DNA of 42,176 nucleotides from positions 1 to 42,176 of the forward strand of contig DYRX01000002.1 of assembly GCA_020718525.1 (NCBI GenBank). Reading direction: 5' to 3'. The position numbers and the translations under genes were made by a program. The notes below the pieces were generated by a model that did not search any database, was not told the origin of the DNA, and saw only the letters and a program-made list of their open reading frames with translations. Positions 24,229 through 33,429 of this stretch are shown here, in pieces (the stretch's first letter is position 1; each line of letters opens with the position of its first letter). The DNA comes from Victivallis vadensis (GTDB taxonomy: Bacteria; Verrucomicrobiota; Lentisphaeria; Victivallales; GWF2-50-93).

Positions 24229-26133
24229 TCAGAGGGAAATCATTTCGACAGACTCGTTTTCTGCTGGGCAGTGGCATTCGATCTGGTAGTTTTCCGACAT
24301 TTTCCCTTTCGGAATCGTTTCAGAATATTCTTTCTTCTCGCCATTTTCGATCCATTTGTGGACGAGAAGGATGGGCGTGTCGAGCTGTTGGGTGTCTTTT
24401 TCCAGATACTGCAGTCTGAATTTCGCGAGCAGTGCGCCCGTGTGCGCTGTAAATCTGATGAGGCATGAGGAGCATTCGCTTTCGATTGCAGTTTCGGCGT
24501 CTGCCAAAAAATGCCACTTTTGCGTATAGATCCGGACCTGCTCGTCAAAAACCTTGCGCCAGGTCTTGCCCGCGTCCTCGGAAATCTCGCAGAGTACTCT
24601 GTCCGTTCTTTTTTCCTCCTCAAGTACGTATTGGAAAAGCCCCATCACATAAATGTTCCGCAGAAATCCCGAAGGTGAGTCCAGCTTGAAAACGATGCTG
24701 AATGGATTTGATGCGTCCCTGGGGGAAAGAATCGCGGCTGAGTGCGGATTGTATTCAAGATTTTCAGACGAATGCAGAAAACGCTTGAAAATTGCAGGAT
24801 CTCTGAAGTCAACACAATGGATTCTTCTCGAGCACGCTTCTCCGTTTCCAGCACCGGATCGGTAGGTGAAGGAGTTGACTCCAGTTTTCAGCGCTGGCAG
24901 AGACGACTGCGTAAGAATGAAAAAATTGACGATCTTAAGCTGTTTCATTTCAATTTCAGCTTCGCCTCTACTCTCGATTCTGAAACGCAAGACATATCGG
25001 TATCGGTTGCAGACATGCTCTGAAATGTCCAAGACAGCCTTTCCATGCCCTGCAAAATTTCCAGCGAAAGACGCAATCTCATTCCACTGCTGAAGCCTTT
25101 CATCCAGGATTTCCACGGATATCCGCGATGAATCCGAGCCCTTTTTGAAGTATTCGAAGCTGACGACTGAGCCTCCGCATGGAGCGCCACTTGCGTCCGT
25201 GTCCGGAATTGCCGCGAAGAGATACGGCGAATCAAATTCTATTGCGAAATTCGCAGTTTTCCCTTTTTCGCCGCTAATGCCTCCGTTGCGTATGACAATA
25301 TTTTCATGGGAAAGGAAAAGCGCCTCGTAATCTTTCGCATCTCTTTTAAAATCAAGGTCTAATGTCAAGCGTCCATTGCCATAGGTTCTGTATGGGGAAA
25401 ATCTTTCCCATGGGCCAATGGGCGACCATTCCTTGGGGAATTTCTTCTTCAGATCGCGGTAGTCCTTGAAGTATATCCAGCGTCCCTCGTTTTTCCAGGA
25501 ACGCAGGATTCTTTCGCCGGGGCGCAGAACAAAGTCCATGGAATGTGTCTTCTCAAAACAGAAATCCTGATATTCCAGCTTCTCAATTTTGTACAATTCA
25601 GCCATGTCTTTGGCTGTTCTGTCCGGCAGATAATATGGATCCGACGGATTTTTCTGGGAGTGGATCAGGCTCGGATCCCTGACGCATTCCTCATAGCTTG
25701 CGATCTGTCCGTGATTTGGTGGATGCTTCATATGATAGGCATGCAAATCAGGATCGAACAAATGCCAGGCACCGTCGTAGAAGACTTCGGCGATGTGATG
25801 CCCGCGAATCTGCACGTTCCTCGCCTTTTCCAAACCTGCGAAAGAGAATAGGCACGAAAGAAGATTTGCCTGCACACCGCATACGCTGAAGCCGAATACA
25901 TTGAGCAGTTTGAGCGGATCTAGCACGCTCATTCCAGTTTCACGTTCGCATGGAGCCCAGAAGTGATATGTGCCGCTTTCAGGTGAGACCAGATAGCGCC
26001 AGAGCTCAATTGCCAGCTCCTGCCCCTTCTTGCCTTTGAAAGCTGAGTGCCCCATCAAAGATTCAAGGGAACTAGGATCGGGATGTCCTGACAAAGTTAT
26101 CCTAGGAGAAACGGGCATGGGATATCCCTCCAA
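24229..26133 (-). CDS. Transglutaminase-like (Cys-His-Asp papain-fold) domain protein, 634 aa, cytoplasmic
   Basis: FSVCGVQANLLSCLF followed by RGHHIAEVFYDGAWHLFDPD fits the transglutaminase-core Cys...His...Asp spacing. I see no signal peptide. The start could be ATG 26133 or ATG 26118. Confidence 0.65.
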   Translation of the reverse strand: MEGYPMPVSPRITLSGHPDPSSLESLMGHSAFKGKKGQELAIELWRYLVSPESGTYHFWAPCERETGMSVLDPLKLLNVFGFSVCGVQANLLSCLFSFAGLEKARNVQIRGHHIAEVFYDGAWHLFDPDLHAYHMKHPPNHGQIASYEECVRDPSLIHSQKNPSDPYYLPDRTAKDMAELYKIEKLEYQDFCFEKTHSMDFVLRPGERILRSWKNEGRWIYFKDYRDLKKKFPKEWSPIGPWERFSPYRTYGNGRLTLDLDFKRDAKDYEALFLSHENIVIRNGGISGEKGKTANFAIEFDSPYLFAAIPDTDASGAPCGGSVVSFEYFKKGSDSSRISVEILDERLQQWNEIASFAGNFAGHGKAVLDISEHVCNRYRYVLRFRIESRGEAEIEMKQLKIVNFFILTQSSLPALKTGVNSFTYRSGAGNGEACSRRIHCVDFRDPAIFKRFLHSSENLEYNPHSAAILSPRDASNPFSIVFKLDSPSGFLRNIYVMGLFQYVLEEEKRTDRVLCEISEDAGKTWRKVFDEQVRIYTQKWHFLADAETAIESECSSCLIRFTAHTGALLAKFRLQYLEKDTQQLDTPILLVHKWIENGEKKEYSETIPKGKMSENYQIECHCPAENESVEMISL

Positions 26134-26209
26134 ATTTATTTATTTTCTTGCTGGAAAATCTGAAACAAAGTGTCATATTACAGCCTTCCATTTAACTTAA
26201 TTATCACAA

Positions 26210-28564
26210 ATGAAAAGGCAAGCTGAAATGAAAAGGAATATTGGGAAAGCTAAATGTTCTGAGAGTCTTCATCTTTTGCGGGGAGACGAAGCCGAGCTTC
26301 ATATTGACCTTTCTTCGGGTGCGATTGTCTCTGCGGCAAAGAGTGGCGGCGCGGACGACATTTTCAAGATATTGAGAGGTGGCATTCCTTCTTACTCCGG
26401 GCAAATCAGGATCTACGACGAGCTTGACGACGCCTGGTATTCCGATTCGGAATGCCTCTGCAAGACGGATCTCTTGAAAACTGCCCCGTCGCATGCCTCC
26501 TTCCGCAAGCAATACAAATCCGCACCGTTCGTTCTTTTCATCACGATAAGCTATGAAAAGGGTTTCTTCAAGTGGCGGGTAGAGGCGGAAAAGCTATCTT
26601 CGAAAGTTCCAGACAGATCGCTGAGAGTCTATTACAAGATGCCTGCAATTCCGGGCTGGCACATCTGGGCGCCATGCAAGGGCGGAGAAAAAATTGTTTT
26701 CGACGGTCTGACAACTTTCAACTTCGAGTATTCCCAGAATTCATGGGTCAGCGACACCGACATCATTTTGCCGATGATGTCGCACTTCAGCCCCGAGCTG
26801 GATTTTGGCTTCAGCATGCTCAACCCGATACACGAGCGCATTCCTGCGTCTAGATTCTTCTATTCAAACGCCGAAAAAGGGTTCAACTGGGGAAGCATGG
26901 TGAAAAATCCGGCGAGGAGCCCCCATCTTGAAGCTTGCAACTACTACATTGGCCTGGTCGGGAAGCGCAGGCTTGCGACCGAGCTTGATCTCTGCTTCCA
27001 TGAGGGATGCTGGCGCCCGGCTCTCAAAAAAGTCTTCAGCAGATGGAACGAGTATTTCGTGCCCAACAACGACAAGATCAACGACGACGACGGCGTTTTC
27101 CACTGCCATGGCATCGGCAACATGGACGTGCAGACATTCGCCAAGTCCCATCTCAAATTTGTGGAAGTCCACGAGCATTTCGAGTTCTACGGCGAATATC
27201 ATCATGGAACTAAGAAGAAGTGGTTCAGAAATCAGCACAGGGAAGCGTTGTGGAGGGTCTTCGGAGGAAACTCGAAATCCGGCAAGAACGACAGCGAAAT
27301 TGACGAATGGGTGAAATCGAAGAGCGACCGCGAGATTGCGGCGGAAATCATCAAGGACAAAAGATTCCAGAAGCATCCGGACTACTTCTTCTGCTCCTAT
27401 TCGGGAAGGACTCTTCCGCCAGACGTTTCAAAGTGGAGCAACGCCGAAGTGGACGAATTCCTATACCACACAAAAGAGAGGATCTCGAAAGTCCTCGATC
27501 TCATGAAAAAGCTCGGGATGCGTCCATACTGGTACTTCAACTACACCGACGGAACAAGAAAACTCATGGACGCAAAGTTCTCCGACTCCAGAACCCAGGG
27601 AGAAAAAGGAGAATTCCTATCGAGCGGATGGATGATGTGCCACAACATGAACAGCGATCCGAAATTCTCATTCGGAGCATCGCTCATCAAGGAAAGCGAC
27701 AGGATACTCAGGGACTATCCACAGTTGGATGGATTTTTCCTCGACTGCTTCAGGCACTACGAAATTGATTTCGCACACGACGACGGTGTCACTGTCGTGA
27801 ACAACAAGCCCGCATACAGCATGATATTCTCCTATGACGAAGTAAACGAGATCGTCAAGAAAAAGCTTCTTAAGAAAAAGCTCTGCTCCTTCGCTAACAA
27901 GCCCCAGACGATAAGAATGATGAGATGGGTTGACGGAATGATGCTGGAGGGGTCAGGTGATCAGTTTGAAGAGAAATACTATTGGTCGGCTGTTGCCAAG
28001 CCAATCGTCTTTCTATGGGGCGATACTGGAACCCCGGACGACGAGAACTACAGAAGATCCGTCCTGCACGGATGCTACCCTAAGATGGTGGCGAGAACCG
28101 CAAAGGACATAGCGCTTCTTGAAAGATATATGCCTCTCTTCGCGCAGTTCAACCGCCGCGTCATATGCTTCGATCCCGATCCGATTCGTGCGCCGAAAGG
28201 CTCGAGGACTAAAATATACACTGTAGGCAGCGACTACCTGGCCTCCATTGTGAACACGGACATTGACGGGGACTGCGTCGTGAAGCATAAGAATCCGCCG
28301 TATGCAGTATTCCGCGTGAAGCGCGCTTGCGATGTGAGCAAGGTGGGCATCATGTATCCGGGCGACAAGGAATATTCTTTCCCTGAAACGAAATTCGACG
28401 GAGCCTTCATCTACGTGCCGATGGAGAAATATACGAACTGCGCAGTGATAAGGCTATTCGTAACGAAAAACACAGGGAAGAAGCCGGAAAGAAAGCTCTT
28501 CAAATCATCGTCGAGCTGCTGCCCGGATCCCGAGTCAGCCTTTACTTCCCTCGCCGAATTGTAA
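26210..28564 (+). CDS. Hypothetical 784-aa cytoplasmic protein, possibly a glycoside-hydrolase-like barrel
   Basis: It is a long clean ORF divergent from the transglutaminase-like gene. I recognise no confident motif. DGFFLDCFRHYEIDF and the Trp/Tyr-rich composition only hint at a carbohydrate-active fold. Confidence 0.6.
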   Translation: MKRQAEMKRNIGKAKCSESLHLLRGDEAELHIDLSSGAIVSAAKSGGADDIFKILRGGIPSYSGQIRIYDELDDAWYSDSECLCKTDLLKTAPSHASFRKQYKSAPFVLFITISYEKGFFKWRVEAEKLSSKVPDRSLRVYYKMPAIPGWHIWAPCKGGEKIVFDGLTTFNFEYSQNSWVSDTDIILPMMSHFSPELDFGFSMLNPIHERIPASRFFYSNAEKGFNWGSMVKNPARSPHLEACNYYIGLVGKRRLATELDLCFHEGCWRPALKKVFSRWNEYFVPNNDKINDDDGVFHCHGIGNMDVQTFAKSHLKFVEVHEHFEFYGEYHHGTKKKWFRNQHREALWRVFGGNSKSGKNDSEIDEWVKSKSDREIAAEIIKDKRFQKHPDYFFCSYSGRTLPPDVSKWSNAEVDEFLYHTKERISKVLDLMKKLGMRPYWYFNYTDGTRKLMDAKFSDSRTQGEKGEFLSSGWMMCHNMNSDPKFSFGASLIKESDRILRDYPQLDGFFLDCFRHYEIDFAHDDGVTVVNNKPAYSMIFSYDEVNEIVKKKLLKKKLCSFANKPQTIRMMRWVDGMMLEGSGDQFEEKYYWSAVAKPIVFLWGDTGTPDDENYRRSVLHGCYPKMVARTAKDIALLERYMPLFAQFNRRVICFDPDPIRAPKGSRTKIYTVGSDYLASIVNTDIDGDCVVKHKNPPYAVFRVKRACDVSKVGIMYPGDKEYSFPETKFDGAFIYVPMEKYTNCAVIRLFVTKNTGKKPERKLFKSSSSCCPDPESAFTSLAEL

Positions 28565-28742
28565 GGATCTGCATCCAAGGGGCATGAAGAAAATCATAAG
28601 ATTCTGGTTCCGTGCGACGTTTTTCCATCCGTGCATTTCAAGACGTTTGACGATTTGCGCAAATCAGTCCTTGCCGCATTCGGAAACCAGTGTCCTGTTT
28701 CCTAAATAACGATACTATGTCTATTTAATAATTCAGACCAGT

Positions 28743-29144
28743 AGAATCTCGAATACTCTGGATGCCACCTTCTGTATCGAGGTGCTGAAGGAGGCTCTGG
28801 GAATATACGGAGTTCCTGAAACATTCAACACGGACCAAGGATGCCAGTTTACATCCACAGATTATATTTCGGTTCTGGAAAAGAAGAATGTCAGGATAAG
28901 CATGGACGGCAAGGGACGTGCCCTTGACAATGTCTATGTCGAGAGGCTATGGCGTTCCCTGAAGTATGAAAATATTTTTCTTAACGAATACAAGAACTTG
29001 AAAGAACTGAAAGGAGGTGTATCTTCATATTTTGAGTTTTATAACAGTGAAAGATATCATCAGTCGCTGATGTATCTGACTCCTGACGAGGTCTACTTCT
29101 CAGGCATCTGCCCCGAGGAGTCAGCTCAGGTGGAGGCTGCATGA
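28743..29144 (+). pseudogene. 5'-truncated IS3-family transposase (OrfB integrase-core C-terminal third)
   Basis: The translation SNTLDATFCIEVLKEALGIYGVPETFNTDQGCQFTS...ISMDGKGRALDNVYVERLWRSLKYENIFL...YNSERYHQSL is the conserved C-terminal DDE/rve region of IS3-family transposases. The frame is only open from 28710, so the N-terminal two thirds and OrfA are missing. Confidence 0.85.
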
Positions 29145-29271
29145 AAATGCAAGACTGGCACAGTGGTCCCTGCGGGACAGAATCCGTAGGGTGCGCCCTC
29201 CCTTGCGGGAGGTATATATTGCGCATTTGGGAACGGTGTTTCACACCTTAAACAAAGGCAGATACTGTTCA
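28743..29271 (+). mobile_element. IS3-family insertion-sequence remnant (right-hand part only)
   Basis: It contains the transposase fragment plus about 125 bp of tail. The rc of 29233..29271 reads TGAACAGTATCTGCC..., a plausible TG-initiated terminal inverted repeat. No left end is present, and the right boundary is a guess. Confidence 0.5.
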
Positions 29272-29583
29272 GAGAAAAAGGCACACTTCAGTTTTGCTGG
29301 ACTTGAAGGAAAGGCTAGCAAGGCATCTTGCGAAATTCGCAAATCCATTCGATCTTGCGAAGCAGGAATTCCTTGACAGCCCCGAATATGCGAAGCTAGT
29401 GGAAAAGGCGAAGAATGACGACTCTGTCAAAAATAGCGACTGGTTCAAGGAAGATGCATTCTAAGAATAGAGCCAGCTCCAAAAGTCATAAGCAGAGCAG
29501 TTGCGGAAAGCATTGGACGGCTCGCAAATATCGAAACGAGGTGTAGTATCAAAAAAATACTTGTTCTTCTCTTTCTCATCTCA

Positions 29584-30777
29584 TTGTTTTCGGTGTCTAG
29601 ATCAGAAGAGATGCAAAAGGTGAAAATGAAGCTCCAGTTCTTCGATTCAATGTCCTCGCCTGCCGAAGCCTCTCCTGGCGAGATCCGCGTCGAGGCGATG
29701 GTCGTTTCCATCCGAGGTAAAGAATCCTCAATGCTGGTATCTTTCTCCAATGGATACATGAGAATGGAAATGAGAGAAACAGGCGTCTCTGAGGGCAGAA
29801 CGCCACATTCGTTCATCTCCAGCTATGCGGGTCTGAAGCCAGGCGATGAGATCTGCTTCCAATTTTTTGCGGAGAAGCTTTCGCAGGAAGCCGCATCCAT
29901 TTCTGGAGAGGCTCTATTCCTGGACAGAGCCTTCAAATGCGAAATGAATTTCTCAAGGCTGAGCACTGCGGACACAGAGTTCCTGGAGAAACTTAAAAGC
30001 TTGGATGGTGAAATCACGGAGACATACAAAAGAACGCCCCAAGGCGATCTGAAAATCCACATCTTCAAGGACGACAAGTTCGCAGAAGGAAGCTTGAAGC
30101 CTGCACTAGTTCTTTTCCATGGCGGTGGCTGGGCGACGGGGAGACCACAGCATTTTGAAAGACAGGCAAAACATTTCGCGTCGCTGGGATTTGCCGTATT
30201 TCTTCCCGAATACAGACTAAAACGGGAACATGGGACAAGTCCTTATGAGTCAGTGAAAGATGCAAAATCCGCAATCAGGTGGGTGCGCCAAAATTCTGCG
30301 AGATTCGCAATTGATCCGGACAGGATAGTCGCAGGCGGCGGCTCTGCCGGAGGGCATATTGCCTTGATGACTGCGATGACAAGTGATTTCGACGACGAGA
30401 AAGCTTCGCCTGTCTCATCTGTCCCAAATTTTCTGGTTCTCTACAACCCCGTTGTTGACTGCAGTCGCGAGGCTGGATTCGGATGGGGCAAGTTCAAGGA
30501 AAAATACAAGGAGATTTCGCCGGCCGAACTTGTCAAGCCTGGGCTTCCTCCCTCGATAGTTCTCCTTGGCAGTTTGGACAAATGCATGAAGCCGGAAGTG
30601 GTGAAGATATTTGTTGACAGGATGCTGGCGGGTGGGAATGAATGCAAGTTCATCCTATATGAAGGCTATGTCCACGGATTTGAGGACTGCATCTACAAGC
30701 GGCCGCCCTTTGACGAGGCTGTCTCAAGATCGAACAGGGATGTCGAGGAATTTCTCAAAGCAAAAAATGTTTTCTGA
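29584..30777 (+). CDS. Alpha/beta-hydrolase esterase (HGGG-type, Abhydrolase_3-like) with a roughly 170-aa N-terminal extra domain
   Basis: The oxyanion motif is VLFHGGGW and the nucleophile elbow is GGSAGGH. The start is uncertain: a signal-peptide-like stretch lies in frame upstream without a canonical start codon (see findings). Confidence 0.8.
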   Translation: MFSVSRSEEMQKVKMKLQFFDSMSSPAEASPGEIRVEAMVVSIRGKESSMLVSFSNGYMRMEMRETGVSEGRTPHSFISSYAGLKPGDEICFQFFAEKLSQEAASISGEALFLDRAFKCEMNFSRLSTADTEFLEKLKSLDGEITETYKRTPQGDLKIHIFKDDKFAEGSLKPALVLFHGGGWATGRPQHFERQAKHFASLGFAVFLPEYRLKREHGTSPYESVKDAKSAIRWVRQNSARFAIDPDRIVAGGGSAGGHIALMTAMTSDFDDEKASPVSSVPNFLVLYNPVVDCSREAGFGWGKFKEKYKEISPAELVKPGLPPSIVLLGSLDKCMKPEVVKIFVDRMLAGGNECKFILYEGYVHGFEDCIYKRPPFDEAVSRSNRDVEEFLKAKNVF

Positions 30778-30800
30778 ACAATTTCAACAGGAGCGATTGA

Positions 30801-33239
30801 ATGCAGGAGAGTGAGAAGGACAAAGAATCCGCCATTGATCCGAATCGGTCTGAGATTGGGGAAAAGGAGAAAGTTGAAGCTGTCGCCCCCGATATGCATC
30901 CGGAGGATGCCAGCACAAAAGAGGTGGCAATATACGCGTTTGGGAACATAGAAAATGCTGGTGCCAACCAGTTCTTCAATGTTCTCCAGCAGATCATGAT
31001 TGTTGCAATGGGAATCAATCCACTCCTGATCGGTTTGGCGCTGAGCATAAAAACCTTTTGGGACAGCGTCACAGATCCTATCATGGCATACATAACAGAC
31101 AACACGAAAAGCCGATGGGGACGCAGGCATCCGTATATTCTTAGTGGCGGCGTGATCCGCATAGGCGTGCTCCTCTTTGTAATAGCTTTTTTCCCTGTTT
31201 CTGAAATCAAGACAAACAAGGAGCTTGATACACAGAAGCAGGACGACAGCGCTCTGGAGCTTGTGAACAAGCAGTCGAAGGCCCTCAAGGAGAATTCGCT
31301 GGACGCGAAGAAATTCGCCGCCATGATCTCAGATCTGGAAAAACTCAAAGCGGATGAAAAAGATGAAAAGACACTTAGCGCAATCTCCTCCCTGCTCGCG
31401 ATTGCATCCGCTGAGAAGTCCATTCAGGCAGGGGAGGTGAGTGCATCCGCCCGAAAGGATGAACTGCATGAATCATTCTCTCAGCTTATTGAAGTCCTCA
31501 ACAAAAGAAAACTCCTGCATCAGACCGAAACTGTTGCCAAGGATCTGGCTAGAGCCGCTACCGCAAGATATGTAAGCGTGCATAAAATTTCCGAGGCAGA
31601 TGAGATAAAATTTTCAGCCGAGTTTGAAGATGCTCTCAAAGAGGATCTTTTGTCCCCGAATTCCAAAACCATTGTTCAAGCGCTGTCGAAACCGGAAGAA
31701 ATGGTGGAGGCAAAGATAAAAGTCAAGAATTCCGTCTCGGCAGGCTCCGTCCAGAATATCAACTCGCCAGCCAAGCTTCAGAAATCTGTCTTCTCGGATA
31801 TTCTTGCATGGATGGATATGAAGAATGCAAAGGCGGCATCTAGAAAAAGCATAGAAATAATATATCAGAATCTCTCTAAATCATATTCCTCGGATCAGGA
31901 CAAATCAGATGCGCTCAGTCTATGCAAGGAAACCGCTAGGTCCCTGTCGGCTGAACTGTTGAAGTGGAAACCCCCGAAAGAACTGTCCGATCTTGCCCAA
32001 GACCTCGCGTTGAGTCTGGACGATCCTTCCGCGTCTGAAAAATTGGAGGCAATAAAGGAAAAGTCCAAATCGATGCTTGGAATGATGGAGCAGAAAAAAC
32101 AGGGCAAGTCGGTCTTTGCGAATCTCGCAGACGGTCTGAAGGCCTTCAACGATCCTGACAACGCGCATCAGCGCCACGTGATAATGTATGTCCTCGTAGT
32201 GATGCTTCTATTCACAACATTTACGACAATGAACTCTGTCCCGTACTACGCGCTTGGGATCGAGCTCTGTTCGAGCTACGACGGCAGGACAAAGGTTGTA
32301 ACATGGCGCTCGATAATGGACAAGATCGCGGGGCTTCTTACACCCTGGGTGCCAGTCTTCTGTTTTTCGATGCTCTTCGTAAATTCCCTGCAGGGCTTGT
32401 TCTGGGTTGCAGTCATCACAGCTTCAGTCGGTATCCCTAGCACAGTGATAATGGTTATGTTCACGAAGGAGCGCGCCCATGTCTCGGCACGAAAGAACAA
32501 ACTGAAAATGGGATTGTGGCAGTCTATCTGGATGACCATGCACAACAGGCACTTCATCAAGATTTTCCTGCTCTACGCCAGCGTCGGGCTCTCAATCGGA
32601 CTTTTTACGCAGATTGGCTTTTTCCTGAATGTATACTGGGTGATGAAGAGCGCGGTCGGCGGTGCCAAGATGGGGGCATGGGTGCAGATGGTCGCCTGGG
32701 GATTGGGCTTGATCTCTCTGCCTGCGATACAGTGGGGATGCAAAAAATATCAGAAACACATCATAATGGCGTTCGCAATGATCATGATGTCCATAGGATG
32801 CATACTCAAATGGTGGTGTATGACTCCGGACTATCCATATCTTCAGCTCATCCTGCCATTCTTCTTCTCGATCGGAATTGCCAGCACATACACAGTGCTT
32901 TCGACTATGATGGCGGATGTCACAGATGTTGACGAGCTCTACACTGGTGAAAGGCGAGAGGGCATGTTCGGCGCAGTAAATGCATTTCTCCTCAAAATGG
33001 TCGGAACCATAACTCCGGCGGCGGCTGGTGCAATACTGGTAATCTCAGGATTTGACGCAGACCTAGGCTTCGAGCAGAAGGCTTCGACCATCTTCAATAT
33101 GCGGATACTCTATTCATTTGTTCCCGGGATTTTGACTCTCCTCTGCCTCCTCCTGCTCTACCGCTATCCGCTGACAAGAGAGAAACTCTCCGAAATAAAG
33201 GAAGAGCTCAGACTGCGCAGAGAGAAGGAGCACGCGTAA
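30801..33239 (+). CDS. GPH-family (glycoside-pentoside-hexuronide:cation symporter, MFS_2) transporter carrying a 323-aa hydrophilic insertion
   Basis: The GPH signature is WDSVTDPIMAYITDNTKSRWGRRHPY, and TM helices lie on both sides. Residues 136-458 (31206..32174) are charged and helical with no TM segment. Confidence 0.85.
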   Translation: MQESEKDKESAIDPNRSEIGEKEKVEAVAPDMHPEDASTKEVAIYAFGNIENAGANQFFNVLQQIMIVAMGINPLLIGLALSIKTFWDSVTDPIMAYITDNTKSRWGRRHPYILSGGVIRIGVLLFVIAFFPVSEIKTNKELDTQKQDDSALELVNKQSKALKENSLDAKKFAAMISDLEKLKADEKDEKTLSAISSLLAIASAEKSIQAGEVSASARKDELHESFSQLIEVLNKRKLLHQTETVAKDLARAATARYVSVHKISEADEIKFSAEFEDALKEDLLSPNSKTIVQALSKPEEMVEAKIKVKNSVSAGSVQNINSPAKLQKSVFSDILAWMDMKNAKAASRKSIEIIYQNLSKSYSSDQDKSDALSLCKETARSLSAELLKWKPPKELSDLAQDLALSLDDPSASEKLEAIKEKSKSMLGMMEQKKQGKSVFANLADGLKAFNDPDNAHQRHVIMYVLVVMLLFTTFTTMNSVPYYALGIELCSSYDGRTKVVTWRSIMDKIAGLLTPWVPVFCFSMLFVNSLQGLFWVAVITASVGIPSTVIMVMFTKERAHVSARKNKLKMGLWQSIWMTMHNRHFIKIFLLYASVGLSIGLFTQIGFFLNVYWVMKSAVGGAKMGAWVQMVAWGLGLISLPAIQWGCKKYQKHIIMAFAMIMMSIGCILKWWCMTPDYPYLQLILPFFFSIGIASTYTVLSTMMADVTDVDELYTGERREGMFGAVNAFLLKMVGTITPAAAGAILVISGFDADLGFEQKASTIFNMRILYSFVPGILTLLCLLLLYRYPLTREKLSEIKEELRLRREKEHA

Positions 33240-33429
33240 ATATTCACCTACTTCGTTCAGCGAATCTTTACATAAAATATAATGCGAAATCAGAAATTTT
33301 TCATTGAATAATGGTATCAAAATGAAAAACTGGAGATGAAAGACTAGGCTTCAGAATTTGCCTCCGACTGCGATTGTTGTTCCGTCGAGAAGGGAGGCGA
33401 TCACGATCCCGTCGGAGGCGATGGAAAGA

